From positions 49,020 through 113,019 of the forward strand of contig JBOGCE010000009.1 of the NCBI GenBank assembly GCA_051656585.1: DNA of 64,000 nucleotides, read 5' to 3'. The notes below the pieces were generated by a model, which was not told the DNA's origin, made no database searches, and saw only the letters and a list, made by a program, of their open reading frames with translations. A program made the translations under genes and the position numbers. The first letter of the stretch is position 1. The number at the start of each line of letters is the position of its first letter. This stretch comes from Sarcina sp. (GTDB lineage Bacteria; Bacillota; Clostridia; Clostridiales; Clostridiaceae). This document shows, piece after piece, positions 30,294 to 40,719 of this stretch.

Positions 30294-30716
30294 ATGGGAG
30301 TTCTACCTAAAAGTTTAGAAAATGATGAAATTTTAGATTTTATTGAACAACAATTAGAATCGAAATTTAAAGTGAAAGAAAATAATAATGATATATGTGA
30401 GAATAAATTAGATAAAGTGAAGGCATCTATAGTATATTCTTTACAAAGATTAGAAGGTTTTCCACCTAAATATTGTTCAGAGCATAGTTTAGATGAATTA
30501 AAAAACAGATTACCTATTTTGACTGCAGGAGCTAGTAATGATTTTGTAGAAATTTTACAATATGCTTTATATTGTGGTGGGTATAAAAATATTAAATTCA
30601 CAAGAGTTTTTGATGAATCTACACAAAAAGCAGTTCTTCATTTTAATATGGAGCATAACATAAGTAAAACTAGTATTGTAATTCCTAAATTTTGGGGCGT
30701 TTTACTTGAAATATAA
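30294..30716 (+). CDS. Protein with degenerate peptidoglycan-binding (PG_binding_1-like) domain
   Basis: LPILTAGASNDFVEILQYALYCGGY...FDESTQKAVLHFN...I..FWGVL follows the PG_binding_1 helix pattern; ATG 30294 follows GGAAGGAG. Confidence 0.6.
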   Translation: MGVLPKSLENDEILDFIEQQLESKFKVKENNNDICENKLDKVKASIVYSLQRLEGFPPKYCSEHSLDELKNRLPILTAGASNDFVEILQYALYCGGYKNIKFTRVFDESTQKAVLHFNMEHNISKTSIVIPKFWGVLLEI

Positions 30717-30801
30717 TGTATAATCAAAGAACATAAAATAAACCCTATAGAATAGACACTCAAATCAAAAGTGTTTATCTATAGGGTGTTTTTGTGTGTG
30801 T

Positions 30802-32130
30802 TTAGTTTACAAGATTATGTTTTTTCTTCATATAAGCATATATAGGTACACCTAGCATAATTAATAAGAAACCATATAAAACAGTTTGAGCACCAGATGC
30901 ATATATAGCCCAAATACAGAATATAAATCCTAAACTAGGTCTTATAAGTGACGCTATTTTTTTACCAAGACTTTTATCTTTTAAGTCTATTACAAGCATC
31001 ATTTCAGCAAGTGTTGATACTGCATAGACAGGTAAATATGATAAAGTGGAAAGTAATACTATAAAGTTGTAAGCCCCATTTAAACCTTTAAAGAAATTTA
31101 GTAACAGTAAAAGGTTTATACAAATAGCTCCTATTATTAATGCAACGTGAGGAGTATTGTATTTTGGGTGAAGCTTTGAAAAGAATTGAGGAAATAATTT
31201 ATCTTTTCCAGCAGCATAAGCAGCTCTACCAGTTGCTAACAGCCAAAGGATTGATGATCCACAAATACTTAAAGCTATTCCTATATTTATATAAAGTAAA
31301 GATTTCTGTCCTAGAACCATAGCCATAATTTGTGATAATGGATCTAAACTATTAGCAAGTGCTGTTTGTTTCATAGCACCAACAGAAAGTACAGAAATTA
31401 CTATATAGAAGAAAAGTGCAAGTCCTATTCCTATGATTGTACTAAGTCTAACATTTCTTTTAGGGTTTTTAATTTCACCTGAAGCAACTGTTGCTACTTC
31501 TACACCTTCAAAAGCCCAAAATGTTACGGCTGCTGCCATTGGTATAGTTTTTATTCCTCCACCTTGAGGGAATAAAGGTCCTATGTTGTTTACATCAAAA
31601 ACTCCAGATGCTAGTATTATGAATAATATTAATATTATTAATTTAAGAGCTATTAAGACAGCTCCAACAGTTCCAGCTGATTTAGCTCCTCTAATATTGA
31701 TGTATGTAAAAATCCATATTATTGCTGTGCATAGTAAAAAACCGATTAGAGGGTTAGCGTTTAAAATAGGAAATACACCGCTAAGATACTTTAAAATAAC
31801 TATGAATAATGTAGCGTTACCTATCCAACATCCATTCCAATAAAGCCAAGCTGTCATGAAGCCCATAAAACTACCAAAACTTTTTCTTGAATATTCTACA
31901 ACTCCACCACTTACAGGCATTTTTGAGCCAAGGTTAGCGAAGGTTAATGCTAATATTACAGCTCCTATTCCAGTTAAAATCCATGCTGAAATACTAGCTC
32001 CAGCTCCTGTAACTTGTGCTAATTGAGATGGTATTACAAAGATACCAGCACCGATTATGTTACTGAATACAAGAGCTATGGCTATCGTTAGTCCAATTTC
32101 TTTTTTAAGCCCTTTATTTTTCTTTTCCAT
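30802..32130 (-). CDS. APC family amino acid permease/antiporter
   Basis: NIIGAGIF, SGG..EY, FWAFEGVE motifs; about 12 TM segments. Confidence 0.9.
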   Translation of the reverse strand: MEKKNKGLKKEIGLTIAIALVFSNIIGAGIFVIPSQLAQVTGAGASISAWILTGIGAVILALTFANLGSKMPVSGGVVEYSRKSFGSFMGFMTAWLYWNGCWIGNATLFIVILKYLSGVFPILNANPLIGFLLCTAIIWIFTYINIRGAKSAGTVGAVLIALKLIILILFIILASGVFDVNNIGPLFPQGGGIKTIPMAAAVTFWAFEGVEVATVASGEIKNPKRNVRLSTIIGIGLALFFYIVISVLSVGAMKQTALANSLDPLSQIMAMVLGQKSLLYINIGIALSICGSSILWLLATGRAAYAAGKDKLFPQFFSKLHPKYNTPHVALIIGAICINLLLLLNFFKGLNGAYNFIVLLSTLSYLPVYAVSTLAEMMLVIDLKDKSLGKKIASLIRPSLGFIFCIWAIYASGAQTVLYGFLLIMLGVPIYAYMKKKHNLVN

Positions 32131-32309
32131 TTTATCAACCCTCCAAAAAAGAATTATCTTTTATCTTTTGTTATATTTAAAATTTTATTCATAATTTAAT
32201 ATAGTGATAGTTTAACACTTTATCATACTAAAGTAAAGCGGAAATTTAATTTGAAGATAGTATAATAAAAATATAAAGTAATAAAAGATTTTTATTTTAA
32301 AAATATATG

Positions 32310-32340
32310 TTGACATTCACGTTGCGAAATAGTCTAAACT
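32310..32340 (+). promoter_or_regulatory. MerR-type promoter with 19-bp spacer
   Basis: TTGACA (32310-32315), 19 bp containing CACGTTGCG, TAAACT (32335-32340). Confidence 0.75.
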
Positions 32341-32363
32341 CTTTATTGAAGGGAGATATTATA

Positions 32364-33122
32364 ATGGAATATACAATAAAAAAATTAGCAGAACTTGCGG
32401 GAGTTAGTACTAGAACTCTTAGATATTATGATGAAATTAATTTATTGAAGCCAAGTAAAATAAATTCATCAGGATATAGAATTTATAGTCAAGCAGAAAT
32501 AAATATTTTAGAAGAGATTATGTTTTATAAAGAACTAGAAGTCCCTTTAGAAGAAATTAAAAGGCTGTTAGGAGATAATGATTATAGACGAGATGAGTGT
32601 TTAAAGATACATTATAAGCAATTGTTAGAGAAGAAAAAACATATAGAAAATTTGATTGAAGCTATAGAGCGAACTATGGCAAATGATAAAGGAGAGATAA
32701 AAATGAGTAATAAGGATAAGTTTGAAGTTTTTAAGAAAAATAAAATAGCTGAAAATGAAAAGTTTTATGGAAAAGAAGCAAGAAATTTATATGGAGATGA
32801 GAAGGTAGATAAGTCAAATAATAAATTTTTGAATTTGAGACAGGAGGATTTTGATAAAATGAATATGGTAGAATCAAAGTTATTTTTATTATTAGAAAAA
32901 GTTAATATGAATCAAGATATAAATAGTGCTGAAGCAAAAGAAATATTTAATTTGCATAAAGAATGGTTAAGTTTTACTATACGTTATAGTAAAAATGTTC
33001 ATGTAGGTATTGCTAAGATGTACACGTTAGATGAGAGATTTACAAAATATTATGATGATAAAAGTGGAAAAGGAGCGACTAAGGTTCTGGAAGCTATTGT
33101 TGAAAAATATGCCTATATATAA
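32364..33122 (+). CDS. MerR family regulator with TipAS-like C-terminal domain (Mta/TipA type)
   Basis: LAELAGVSTRTLRYYDEI, SGYRIY; C-terminal HKEWL...YTLDERFTKYYD. Confidence 0.92.
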   Translation: MEYTIKKLAELAGVSTRTLRYYDEINLLKPSKINSSGYRIYSQAEINILEEIMFYKELEVPLEEIKRLLGDNDYRRDECLKIHYKQLLEKKKHIENLIEAIERTMANDKGEIKMSNKDKFEVFKKNKIAENEKFYGKEARNLYGDEKVDKSNNKFLNLRQEDFDKMNMVESKLFLLLEKVNMNQDINSAEAKEIFNLHKEWLSFTIRYSKNVHVGIAKMYTLDERFTKYYDDKSGKGATKVLEAIVEKYAYI

Positions 33123-33309
33123 TATTGAAAAAATATTTTAGTCCTTATAAGATGGTCTTTTTAGATAAAGGCATATTTTGAGTTTGTGTTTATAAACTAT
33201 AAACTAATCAGAGGATAAGAATGAATATAAAATAATTCTGAGATTGTTAAAATAAGTGCTATTTGATAAAATATAAGCTGAGACTTTAGAGAGAAGGGGA
33301 TTTTAAATA

Positions 33310-34350
33310 ATGGAATATGTTAACGATATTAGTATTATAGATGCAGTAATTCACATAGTTGATAGTAATAATGACGAACCACTTTTAAATAATTATAAAT
33401 TAGAACTTACAGATGAAATATATAAATTTTTATACAAACATGTAGAGAAATGTTTCAAAGATGAAGAATTAAGATATGCAGTTTTTAATAAAGAGAGAAG
33501 AATAGTTAAGGATTTAGCACAAGATTTTCTAAATGGTGTGGAAACAGATATAGTAGCAGTATCTAAAGAATTTGCACAACAATTATTTTATATAATGAGA
33601 GCTAATAGTAGTATTCCTAGCTGTGACTTAATAACTGTATATATGACTACAGATCAAGGACCTATGCTTGGAATATTAAAAATGGATTATGTAAAAAACT
33701 TTACTCATAGCGTAGATTTTATAGAAGATATGCTTGGAATAGCAATAGTAGAACAACAAGCAGGTCTTCCATCAGCAGGTCAAAAGGTTCAAAAATGTGC
33801 GTTTATTAGACCTATAAAAGAAGATCAAGAGGTTGATCTTATGGTTATAGATAAACAAAGAAGAACTAAAGAAGGGGAAGATTTTGGTGCTGAGTATTTT
33901 GTAGATCATTATCTTGGATGTACTGTTGTAGCAAATGAGAGAGATATGACAAAAAGCTTTATGAAAGCGGCTGAAAATTGGGCAAGAACTAACGTTGTAG
34001 ATGATGCAGCTAAGGCTGTTGAAGTAAGAAAAGTTATTAAATCAAAACTTAAAGAAGAAGATGTTATCAATGTTGATGAAATAGCTAGAGAAGCTTTTAA
34101 GGAAGAACCAGATGTTCAAAGAAGTTTTAATGATTATATGGAATCACAAGGTGTTGAAAGAGATGTTGTGATAGATAAATCTTTTGTGGAGAAAAAGCTT
34201 AAAAAGGTTAGACTAAATGTTGATAAAGAAATTGATATTTATTTAGCTGATGAAGCTTATAATGATAATGATAAGTTTGAGATTGTAAGAAATGGTGATG
34301 GTACTATTAATATAGTAATTAAAAAAGTTAAGAATTATATTGAAAAATAG
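33310..34350 (+). CDS. Nucleoid-associated protein (NdpA/YejK-like, 37-kDa family)
   Basis: AVIHIVD, IPSCDL, ILKMDY, QKCAFI, FVDHYLGC pattern typical of clostridial members. Confidence 0.8.
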   Translation: MEYVNDISIIDAVIHIVDSNNDEPLLNNYKLELTDEIYKFLYKHVEKCFKDEELRYAVFNKERRIVKDLAQDFLNGVETDIVAVSKEFAQQLFYIMRANSSIPSCDLITVYMTTDQGPMLGILKMDYVKNFTHSVDFIEDMLGIAIVEQQAGLPSAGQKVQKCAFIRPIKEDQEVDLMVIDKQRRTKEGEDFGAEYFVDHYLGCTVVANERDMTKSFMKAAENWARTNVVDDAAKAVEVRKVIKSKLKEEDVINVDEIAREAFKEEPDVQRSFNDYMESQGVERDVVIDKSFVEKKLKKVRLNVDKEIDIYLADEAYNDNDKFEIVRNGDGTINIVIKKVKNYIEK

Positions 34351-34439
34351 ATAAAAAATTTTTTTGAAAAATTTTATTTTAATTGTAGCATATTTAGTTG
34401 TATTAGAGTATAGTATATATCAACAAGGAAAAAATAAAA

Positions 34440-34808
34440 TCTTAGAGTGAAGATAGTAATCATAAGGAAAATATTTCAGCGAGCTACAGACTGGTGAAAA
34501 GGTAGTAATATTGATTGTGATGAATGGGTTCATTAGATGCGAAGGGGAAATGCAAAAAGTATCCTAAGCCCTGTCCTCAGGTTACAGAGGTAGAATATCG
34601 AATAAGTTGATTAGATAATTTTTTGAAAAGTGTCTAAATATTTTATTCCGTATTTGAAGCAATGAGTTTAGCTTGTGATGAAGTTTTATCATATATATTT
34701 AAAAGTAATTTTTGATATAATAGGATATTTACATAGTCAGAAGATATTAAATTTGGGTGGCAACACGGTATTATCGTCCCATATAGGGAGATAGTACCGT
34801 TTTTTTTA
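34440..34808 (+). promoter_or_regulatory. T-box riboswitch, Trp specifier (UGG)
   Basis: Stem I with AGCGAG/CTGGTGAA and GAA-TGG (34525-34527); T-box GGGTGGCAACACGG (34755-34768); terminator ggtattatc..ccc/ggg..gatagtacc plus T-run. Confidence 0.9.
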
Positions 34809-34883
34809 TTCTAAATTACTCAAACTAGTATTTCTAAGATTAACAATCCTTGAATTTTAATTAAAAAATTGGAGGTATTTATT

Positions 34884-36059
34884 ATGACTGGTTATTTTGG
34901 TGAATTTGGAGGACAATATGTTCCAGAACCTGTACAAAAAGCATTAGCAGAACTTGAAAGGGCTTATAATGAGTATAAAGATGATAAAAATTTTAGAGAT
35001 GAGTATGAGTATTATTTAAAACAATATGTAGGAAGACCTTCACCTTTGTATTTTGCACAAAGATTAACTGAAAAAATCGGTGGGGGAAAAATTTATTTAA
35101 AAAGAGAAGATTTAAATCACACAGGAGCACACAAAATTAATAATGTTATTGGTCAAATTTTACTTGCAAAAAGAATGGGAAAACACAAAGTTATTGCAGA
35201 AACAGGCGCTGGACAGCATGGAGTTGCAACTGCTACAGTAGCAGCACTTATGGGGTTAGAGTGTGATGTATATATGGGAGAAATGGATACTCAAAGACAA
35301 GCTTTAAATGTTTTTAAAATGGAACTTTTAGGTGCGAAGGTCATTGCTGTAAAAGAAGGAACACGAAGCTTAAAAGAAGCAGTTGATGCTGCACTTATGG
35401 CATATGTAAATGAGGTTGAATCTAGTTTTTATGTTTTAGGGTCAGCAGTTGGACCACATCCATATCCTACAATAGTTAAAGATTTCCAAAGTGTTATAAG
35501 TAAGGAGATACATGAGCAAATTTTAGAACAAGAAGATAAACTTCCTGATACGGTTATAGCATGTGTAGGTGGTGGAAGTAATGCTATTGGAGCTTTTGCA
35601 GAGTTTTTAGATAAGCCAGAAGTAAAGCTTATAGGAGTAGAGGCAGCAGGACATGGAATAGAGACAAATATGCATGCAGCGACAATAACATTAGGACAAG
35701 AAGCTATAGTGCATGGCATGAAAACTATTTGTATTGTTGATGAAGATGGAGAAGCTAAGGAAGTGTATTCAATTTCAGCAGGATTAGATTATCCAGGAGT
35801 AGGGCCAGAACATGCTAATTTATATAAATCTGGTAGAGCTGAATATCATTATATTACAGATGCAGAAGCTGTTGATGCATTTAAAGAGCTAACAGAACTT
35901 GAAGGTATTATTCCAGCTATAGAAAGTTCTCATGCAATAGCCTATGTTATGAAATATGCTAAAAGTGCACCAAAAGATGAAATTATAGTAGTTAATTTAT
36001 CAGGTCGTGGAGATAAGGATGTAGATCAAATCAAAAATTATTTGAAGAATAAAAAATAA
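34884..36059 (+). CDS. trpB: Tryptophan synthase beta chain (stand-alone)
   Basis: [16 protein letters not shown] (PLP lysine), [42 protein letters not shown]. Confidence 0.96.
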   Translation: MTGYFGEFGGQYVPEPVQKALAELERAYNEYKDDKNFRDEYEYYLKQYVGRPSPLYFAQRLTEKIGGGKIYLKREDLNHTGAHKINNVIGQILLAKRMGKHKVIAETGAGQHGVATATVAALMGLECDVYMGEMDTQRQALNVFKMELLGAKVIAVKEGTRSLKEAVDAALMAYVNEVESSFYVLGSAVGPHPYPTIVKDFQSVISKEIHEQILEQEDKLPDTVIACVGGGSNAIGAFAEFLDKPEVKLIGVEAAGHGIETNMHAATITLGQEAIVHGMKTICIVDEDGEAKEVYSISAGLDYPGVGPEHANLYKSGRAEYHYITDAEAVDAFKELTELEGIIPAIESSHAIAYVMKYAKSAPKDEIIVVNLSGRGDKDVDQIKNYLKNKK

Positions 36060-36190
36060 TATTATAAGTACTATATTTTGGAGATGTTTTATACAGGTCT
36101 AAATATACTATCGGAACTTAATTTTTGCTTAAGAAGAGGATTAGATTATATAAAATATTTTACAGGGAATATTTTACCTTGTCTTATTTT

Positions 36191-37066
36191 TTAGTAATTA
36201 AAATAGGACAAGGTGAATTTTTGGAATTTCTCTAAGAGGTTTGTAAGTTTTTTATTTTCATTCCAAGATAAACTAATTAATCTTTTTGAGAAATCTTCTT
36301 CAATTTTTATTTTTGTAGGATTTAAAATTCTATTTTCATCCCACCAATATGCAGGCATAAATGCTATGCCAAAATTATCTATGACAAGCTTAGAAATAAC
36401 TTCTATATCGTTGCTTTCAAACATTATTTTAGGTGAAAAACCAGCTTTATTACATAATAATTTTAATGAATTTTGAAAGTTATAATCGTTAGTTAGTGAA
36501 ATGAAATTTTCAGTTTCTAAGTCTTGTATTTTGATTTTTTTTGCACTTGCTAGGTGGTGTGTAGGAGATACAGCTAAAAAAATTTTTTCTTCTTTTATTA
36601 TAAGTGATTTTAAACCTTCTTTATAAAGAGGAGGAGTAGTAATTGCAAAATCAATAAGTCCTTTTTCTAAATGGGTTTCAAGATCTGTTGATGATAGTTG
36701 AAATAATTGGAATTTAATTTCAGGGTAGATTTCTAAAAATGCTTTAAATAAATTAGGTAATAATCTAGTTGTAGTTGCACCAACACGAATTGTTTTATTT
36801 TCGAGTCCTTGTTTTTCTTTAAGTTCTTCTTTAGCATTTTCTAATTCTAAAAAAATTTTTTCTACTCTTTTTAGAAAGAGGGAACCATAGCTATTAAGCT
36901 TTATATCTCTTCCTTGTCTATCAAAAAGTTTAACATTTAAGTCATTTTCAAGTCTAGTAATAGTTCTACTAAGTGATGGCTGTGAAATATGTAGTTCATT
37001 TGCAGCTTTTGTTATATGTTCTAGTTCGGCTACTTTTTTAAAGTATTCTAATTGTAATAATTCCAT
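36191..37066 (-). CDS. LysR family transcriptional regulator
   Basis: ITKAANELHISQPSLSRTITRLE..LFDRQGR HTH. Confidence 0.95.
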   Translation of the reverse strand: MELLQLEYFKKVAELEHITKAANELHISQPSLSRTITRLENDLNVKLFDRQGRDIKLNSYGSLFLKRVEKIFLELENAKEELKEKQGLENKTIRVGATTTRLLPNLFKAFLEIYPEIKFQLFQLSSTDLETHLEKGLIDFAITTPPLYKEGLKSLIIKEEKIFLAVSPTHHLASAKKIKIQDLETENFISLTNDYNFQNSLKLLCNKAGFSPKIMFESNDIEVISKLVIDNFGIAFMPAYWWDENRILNPTKIKIEEDFSKRLISLSWNENKKLTNLLEKFQKFTLSYFNY

Positions 37067-37147
37067 TGAAATTCTCCTTATATCTCGTAAATAAATTTTT
37101 AAAGATTGACTCTCATTTTATATTATAAAGAAAATAATAAAAAATAG

Positions 37148-37163
37148 ATACCTTTAAAGGTAT
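37148..37163. promoter_or_regulatory. Putative LysR recognition site in the divergent intergenic region
   Basis: Perfect palindrome ATACCTTTAAAGGTAT containing T-N11-A. Confidence 0.6.
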
Positions 37164-37272
37164 TAATTAATAACAATTTATGTATTAGAAGTTATTAAAT
37201 AATAAAAGTATAATTGACTTAAAGAAGCAATTAAGTGTTTAAAACATTTGATATTATTAAGGAAGTGAATTT

Positions 37273-38445
37273 ATGAAATATATATTATTTATTATAGCAA
37301 TAATGACTTTAAGTACTAATTTACCAGCACCTCTTTTTCCTGTGTATCAAGCACAGTTTAATTTAAATAATTTTGATATTACTTTATTATTTGCTATTTA
37401 TACAGCATGTATGTTACCAAGCTTATTAATTTCAACATCTTTAGTAGCTAAATATGGAGCTAAAAAGATAATGAATAGTGCTATTATTCTAGCGATTATA
37501 TCATCTGTTATTTTTATTTTTGCAAAGAATATAGAAATGTTATATTTAGCTAGAGCAGTAGAAGGTCTCGGCATTGGAATCTTTATGGGAACAAGTAATG
37601 GTTTATTATTGAAACACACAGAAAATACACATAAAGCAATGGCATTGTCTAGTATGATAACATTATTGGGATTTGGGCTTGGACCTGCAATGTCAGGGTT
37701 TATAGCTGAATATTCTAGTGTGAAACCATATGTTTTACCATATATATGTTTATTTATATTATTATTATTAGCTATAGTCTCATTATTTAAAGTAAAAGAA
37801 GCAAAAGAAAGTTTTGATAGAAATACTAAAATAAAATTTAAACTTGGGTTACCTTCAAATGGGAAAATAGAATTTTTGACTTTTATATGCCCAGCTATAT
37901 TTGTGATGTTAGCTCTTAATGGAATAGTTATTTCATTAGTTCCAATATATGTACATTCAATTTTAAAATCAAGTAATCTTTCATTTTCAGGGATTTTACT
38001 TTTGATATTTTTAGGTGGTGGATGTATAGTTCAAATAATAAATAGACCTAAAGATAAAACTAAAAGAGTACAGTTAGGATTAGCATTGTTACTTTTAGGA
38101 ACATGGTTTATGATTTTAGCAGGATTAGAGGTTAATATGTTGTTGTTATTTATAGGAATGATTATTTTAGCATTAGGAAATGGATTCACTTTCCAAGCTA
38201 CTATGCAAATGGCAGGTAGTTTAGGAAGTAAAGAAGAAAGTACATCTATAATATCAACTTATTATGTTGCAGGATATGTAGGAATGGCGATACCAACTAT
38301 TGGAATAGGACTTTTAGCAACTTATTTAGGACTTATGGTTGCATTAAGTATTTTTGGAGTTATTATAACTGTAATTGGTTTAGTTTTAATAATTAATCCA
38401 TATATAAATAGAATATTAGAAAATAAAAAAAGAGATTTTGCATAA
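37273..38445 (+). CDS. MFS transporter
   Basis: NLPAPLFPVYQ, LARAVEGLGIG, GFGLGP motifs; about 12 TM segments. Confidence 0.88.
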   Translation: MKYILFIIAIMTLSTNLPAPLFPVYQAQFNLNNFDITLLFAIYTACMLPSLLISTSLVAKYGAKKIMNSAIILAIISSVIFIFAKNIEMLYLARAVEGLGIGIFMGTSNGLLLKHTENTHKAMALSSMITLLGFGLGPAMSGFIAEYSSVKPYVLPYICLFILLLLAIVSLFKVKEAKESFDRNTKIKFKLGLPSNGKIEFLTFICPAIFVMLALNGIVISLVPIYVHSILKSSNLSFSGILLLIFLGGGCIVQIINRPKDKTKRVQLGLALLLLGTWFMILAGLEVNMLLLFIGMIILALGNGFTFQATMQMAGSLGSKEESTSIISTYYVAGYVGMAIPTIGIGLLATYLGLMVALSIFGVIITVIGLVLIINPYINRILENKKRDFA

Positions 38446-38466
38446 TACAAAATCTCTTTATATAAA

Positions 38467-39399
38467 TTAGTTCATTCCGTTTTCTGAACCTAAGATATTA
38501 TCAATTTTACCTTCAACTAACTCTTTGATAGCTGTTCTTGCAGCACCAAGATAAGCTCTTGGATCGAATACTTCTGGTTTTGTTCCGAAAGTTTCTCTGA
38601 TAGCAGCTGTCATAGCAAGTCTGATATCTGTATCCATGTTTATTTTACAAACAGCCATTGATGAAGCTTTTCTTAACATGTCTACTGGAATACCTTTAGC
38701 GTTAGCTATGTTTCCACCAAATTCGTTACATTTAGCAACTGTGTTAGCGTCAACAGCTGAAGCACCATGTAATACTATTGGGAATCCAGGTAATCTTTGT
38801 TGGATTTCTTCTAATATTTCGAATTTTAATTCTGGTTTAGCATCTGGTGGGAACTTAACAGCTCCATGAGATGTTCCGATAGCGATAGCTAATGAGTCAA
38901 CTCCTGTTTCGTTAACAAATCTTACAGCTTCGTCTGGGTTTGTGTATATGTGAGAATCAGCAACAACGTCATCTTCAACACCAGCAAGAACTCCAAGTTC
39001 AGCTTCTACAACAACTCCTCTAGCGTGAGCGTATTCAACAACTTCTTTTGTTAATCTGATGTTTTCTTCGAAATCATAGTGTGATCCATCAAACATTACT
39101 GATGTGAATCCAGCAGCTATAACTTTTTTAACAGCGTCTAAATCTGGACCGTGATCTAAGTGTAATGCGATATCTAATCCTGATTCTTCAGCAGCTAATT
39201 TAGCCATTGCAACTAAATATTCAGCTCCTGCATATTTGATAGCTCCTGTTGAACATTGAAGAATAACAGGTGAGTTTTTAGCTTTACAAGCTTCAACTAT
39301 TCCTTGAATAATCTCCATGTCGTTTATGTTGAAGGCTCCGATTGAGTATCCACCTTCATAGGCTTTTTTAAACATTTCTTTTGTAGTAACTAATGCCAT
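38467..39399 (-). CDS. fba: Class II fructose-1,6-bisphosphate aldolase
   Basis: GAFNINDME, LHLDHG, VEAELG, AIGTSHG, VLHGAS, KINMDTD; codon usage typical of a highly expressed gene. Confidence 0.95.
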   Translation of the reverse strand: MALVTTKEMFKKAYEGGYSIGAFNINDMEIIQGIVEACKAKNSPVILQCSTGAIKYAGAEYLVAMAKLAAEESGLDIALHLDHGPDLDAVKKVIAAGFTSVMFDGSHYDFEENIRLTKEVVEYAHARGVVVEAELGVLAGVEDDVVADSHIYTNPDEAVRFVNETGVDSLAIAIGTSHGAVKFPPDAKPELKFEILEEIQQRLPGFPIVLHGASAVDANTVAKCNEFGGNIANAKGIPVDMLRKASSMAVCKINMDTDIRLAMTAAIRETFGTKPEVFDPRAYLGAARTAIKELVEGKIDNILGSENGMN

Positions 39400-39526
39400 T
39401 GTTTGTACCACCTTTCATATATATATCAAGGGTCTTTTTATGACCCACTGGGACTTCATCCCTTCTTGTCTACATTATACAGTAATTTTCATTAGAATAC
39501 TAGTAGTAGATGTAATAATATTGAAT

Positions 39527-39946
39527 TTACATTATATTTTTGATAGATACTTTCTGTAACTGCAAAATTTTGTGAGTTTGTAATTTTAAGGATGTTAAAG
39601 TTGCTGATATTTCACCAATATCTTTAGATGTTATATAACATGATAATTTAGAAGTTTCAATTTCTAAAAAATCTAGATATTCGTGAGTTAAATAAATAGA
39701 AAGAAAATTATAACGAGCTGTTATAAAATCTTTAAGATCTAAACTTTTATTATATAAATCATTCCAATTTTCAGAAGAAGAATTAGAGGAAAGTGTGTTT
39801 AAATCATTTTCTATTGAAGTGATTTTTTCAGAAACAGCATTAAAAGAAACTTTTAAATAATTATCGGCAACAACTACAAAGGAAAATATTGCTAAAAATA
39901 TAAAAATAGCTATAATTGATTTATTAAAAATTTTTTCAAGTAACAT
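39527..39946 (-). CDS. DUF4363 family protein
   Basis: N-terminal TM segment, NW..L, LTHEYLDFLE pattern; adjacent to DUF421. Confidence 0.7.
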   Translation of the reverse strand: MLLEKIFNKSIIAIFIFLAIFSFVVVADNYLKVSFNAVSEKITSIENDLNTLSSNSSSENWNDLYNKSLDLKDFITARYNFLSIYLTHEYLDFLEIETSKLSCYITSKDIGEISATLTSLKLQTHKILQLQKVSIKNIM

Positions 39947-40592
39947 ATTCCCATCCCTTTAAACTTTCCTTTTTTTGTATTAGAAGATTTTCTTCAGAGT
40001 TATAAATAACAATAATTAAGTCATCTAATGAATAGGGTGTTATTTTAGAAGTTAGCCAGTCTCTATTTTTATTTATAATATTTAAATTTTTTTCAGATAT
40101 TTTACCATCAAATAATAATACTAATGGTAAAGTTTTATCTGTATCATTTTTAGTTTTTGTAAAAAATGAAAATTTTCCGTTATTTTCTAATATACCGAGT
40201 TCTATATCTTCAATGTGCAAAATATTGCTTTCACGAATTGCTTCCATTAAATCTGAAATAGCTAAGTTTTGCTCTTTTATAGCTTTTAAATTTAAAATTC
40301 CATTTTCTATTAAAATAATAGGTCTGCCATCTAAAATATTTCTTATTAGAGGGAAACGAACCTGTAATTCTATTAGTAAAACTTTTACTAATAAAAGGGT
40401 GATTAAGGGTATAATACCTAAAAGTAATGGCAGTCTTGTGTCTTGCATAGGGAGTGAGGCAAGATCAGATAACATCATTGTAACGGCTAATTCATAAGGT
40501 TGCATTTCTCCTAATTGTCTTTTACCCATTAATCTAATTGAAATTATTACTGTGAAATATAAAATAATAGTTCGAATAAAAATAATAAACAT
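39936..40592 (-). CDS. DUF421 (YetF-like) membrane protein
   Basis: RLMGKRQLGEMQPYEL, GRPIILIENG, LENNGKFS motifs; real start ATG 40592 follows GAGGTG. Confidence 0.88.
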   Translation of the reverse strand: MFIIFIRTIILYFTVIISIRLMGKRQLGEMQPYELAVTMMLSDLASLPMQDTRLPLLLGIIPLITLLLVKVLLIELQVRFPLIRNILDGRPIILIENGILNLKAIKEQNLAISDLMEAIRESNILHIEDIELGILENNGKFSFFTKTKNDTDKTLPLVLLFDGKISEKNLNIINKNRDWLTSKITPYSLDDLIIVIYNSEENLLIQKKESLKGWEYVT

Positions 40593-40719
40593 AAAACACC
40601 TCTTAACAATAGTTTTGGTTAAGTATAAATATTTATTCTTAAATTTTGCTAAATTAGGATACTTTTTAGTTCGATATTTATAGTATAGAGTGAGGAATTT
40701 TATTTGAGGGGCGAAGTTT

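Noticed and set aside
30218-30601. Antisense and nested ORFs of 60-130 aa in the ORF track (for example 2491-2745, 28087-28419, 30218-30601, 43151-43525, 54932-55276)
   Set aside because: They overlap well-supported genes on the opposite strand, lack RBS and motifs, and are expected shadow ORFs.
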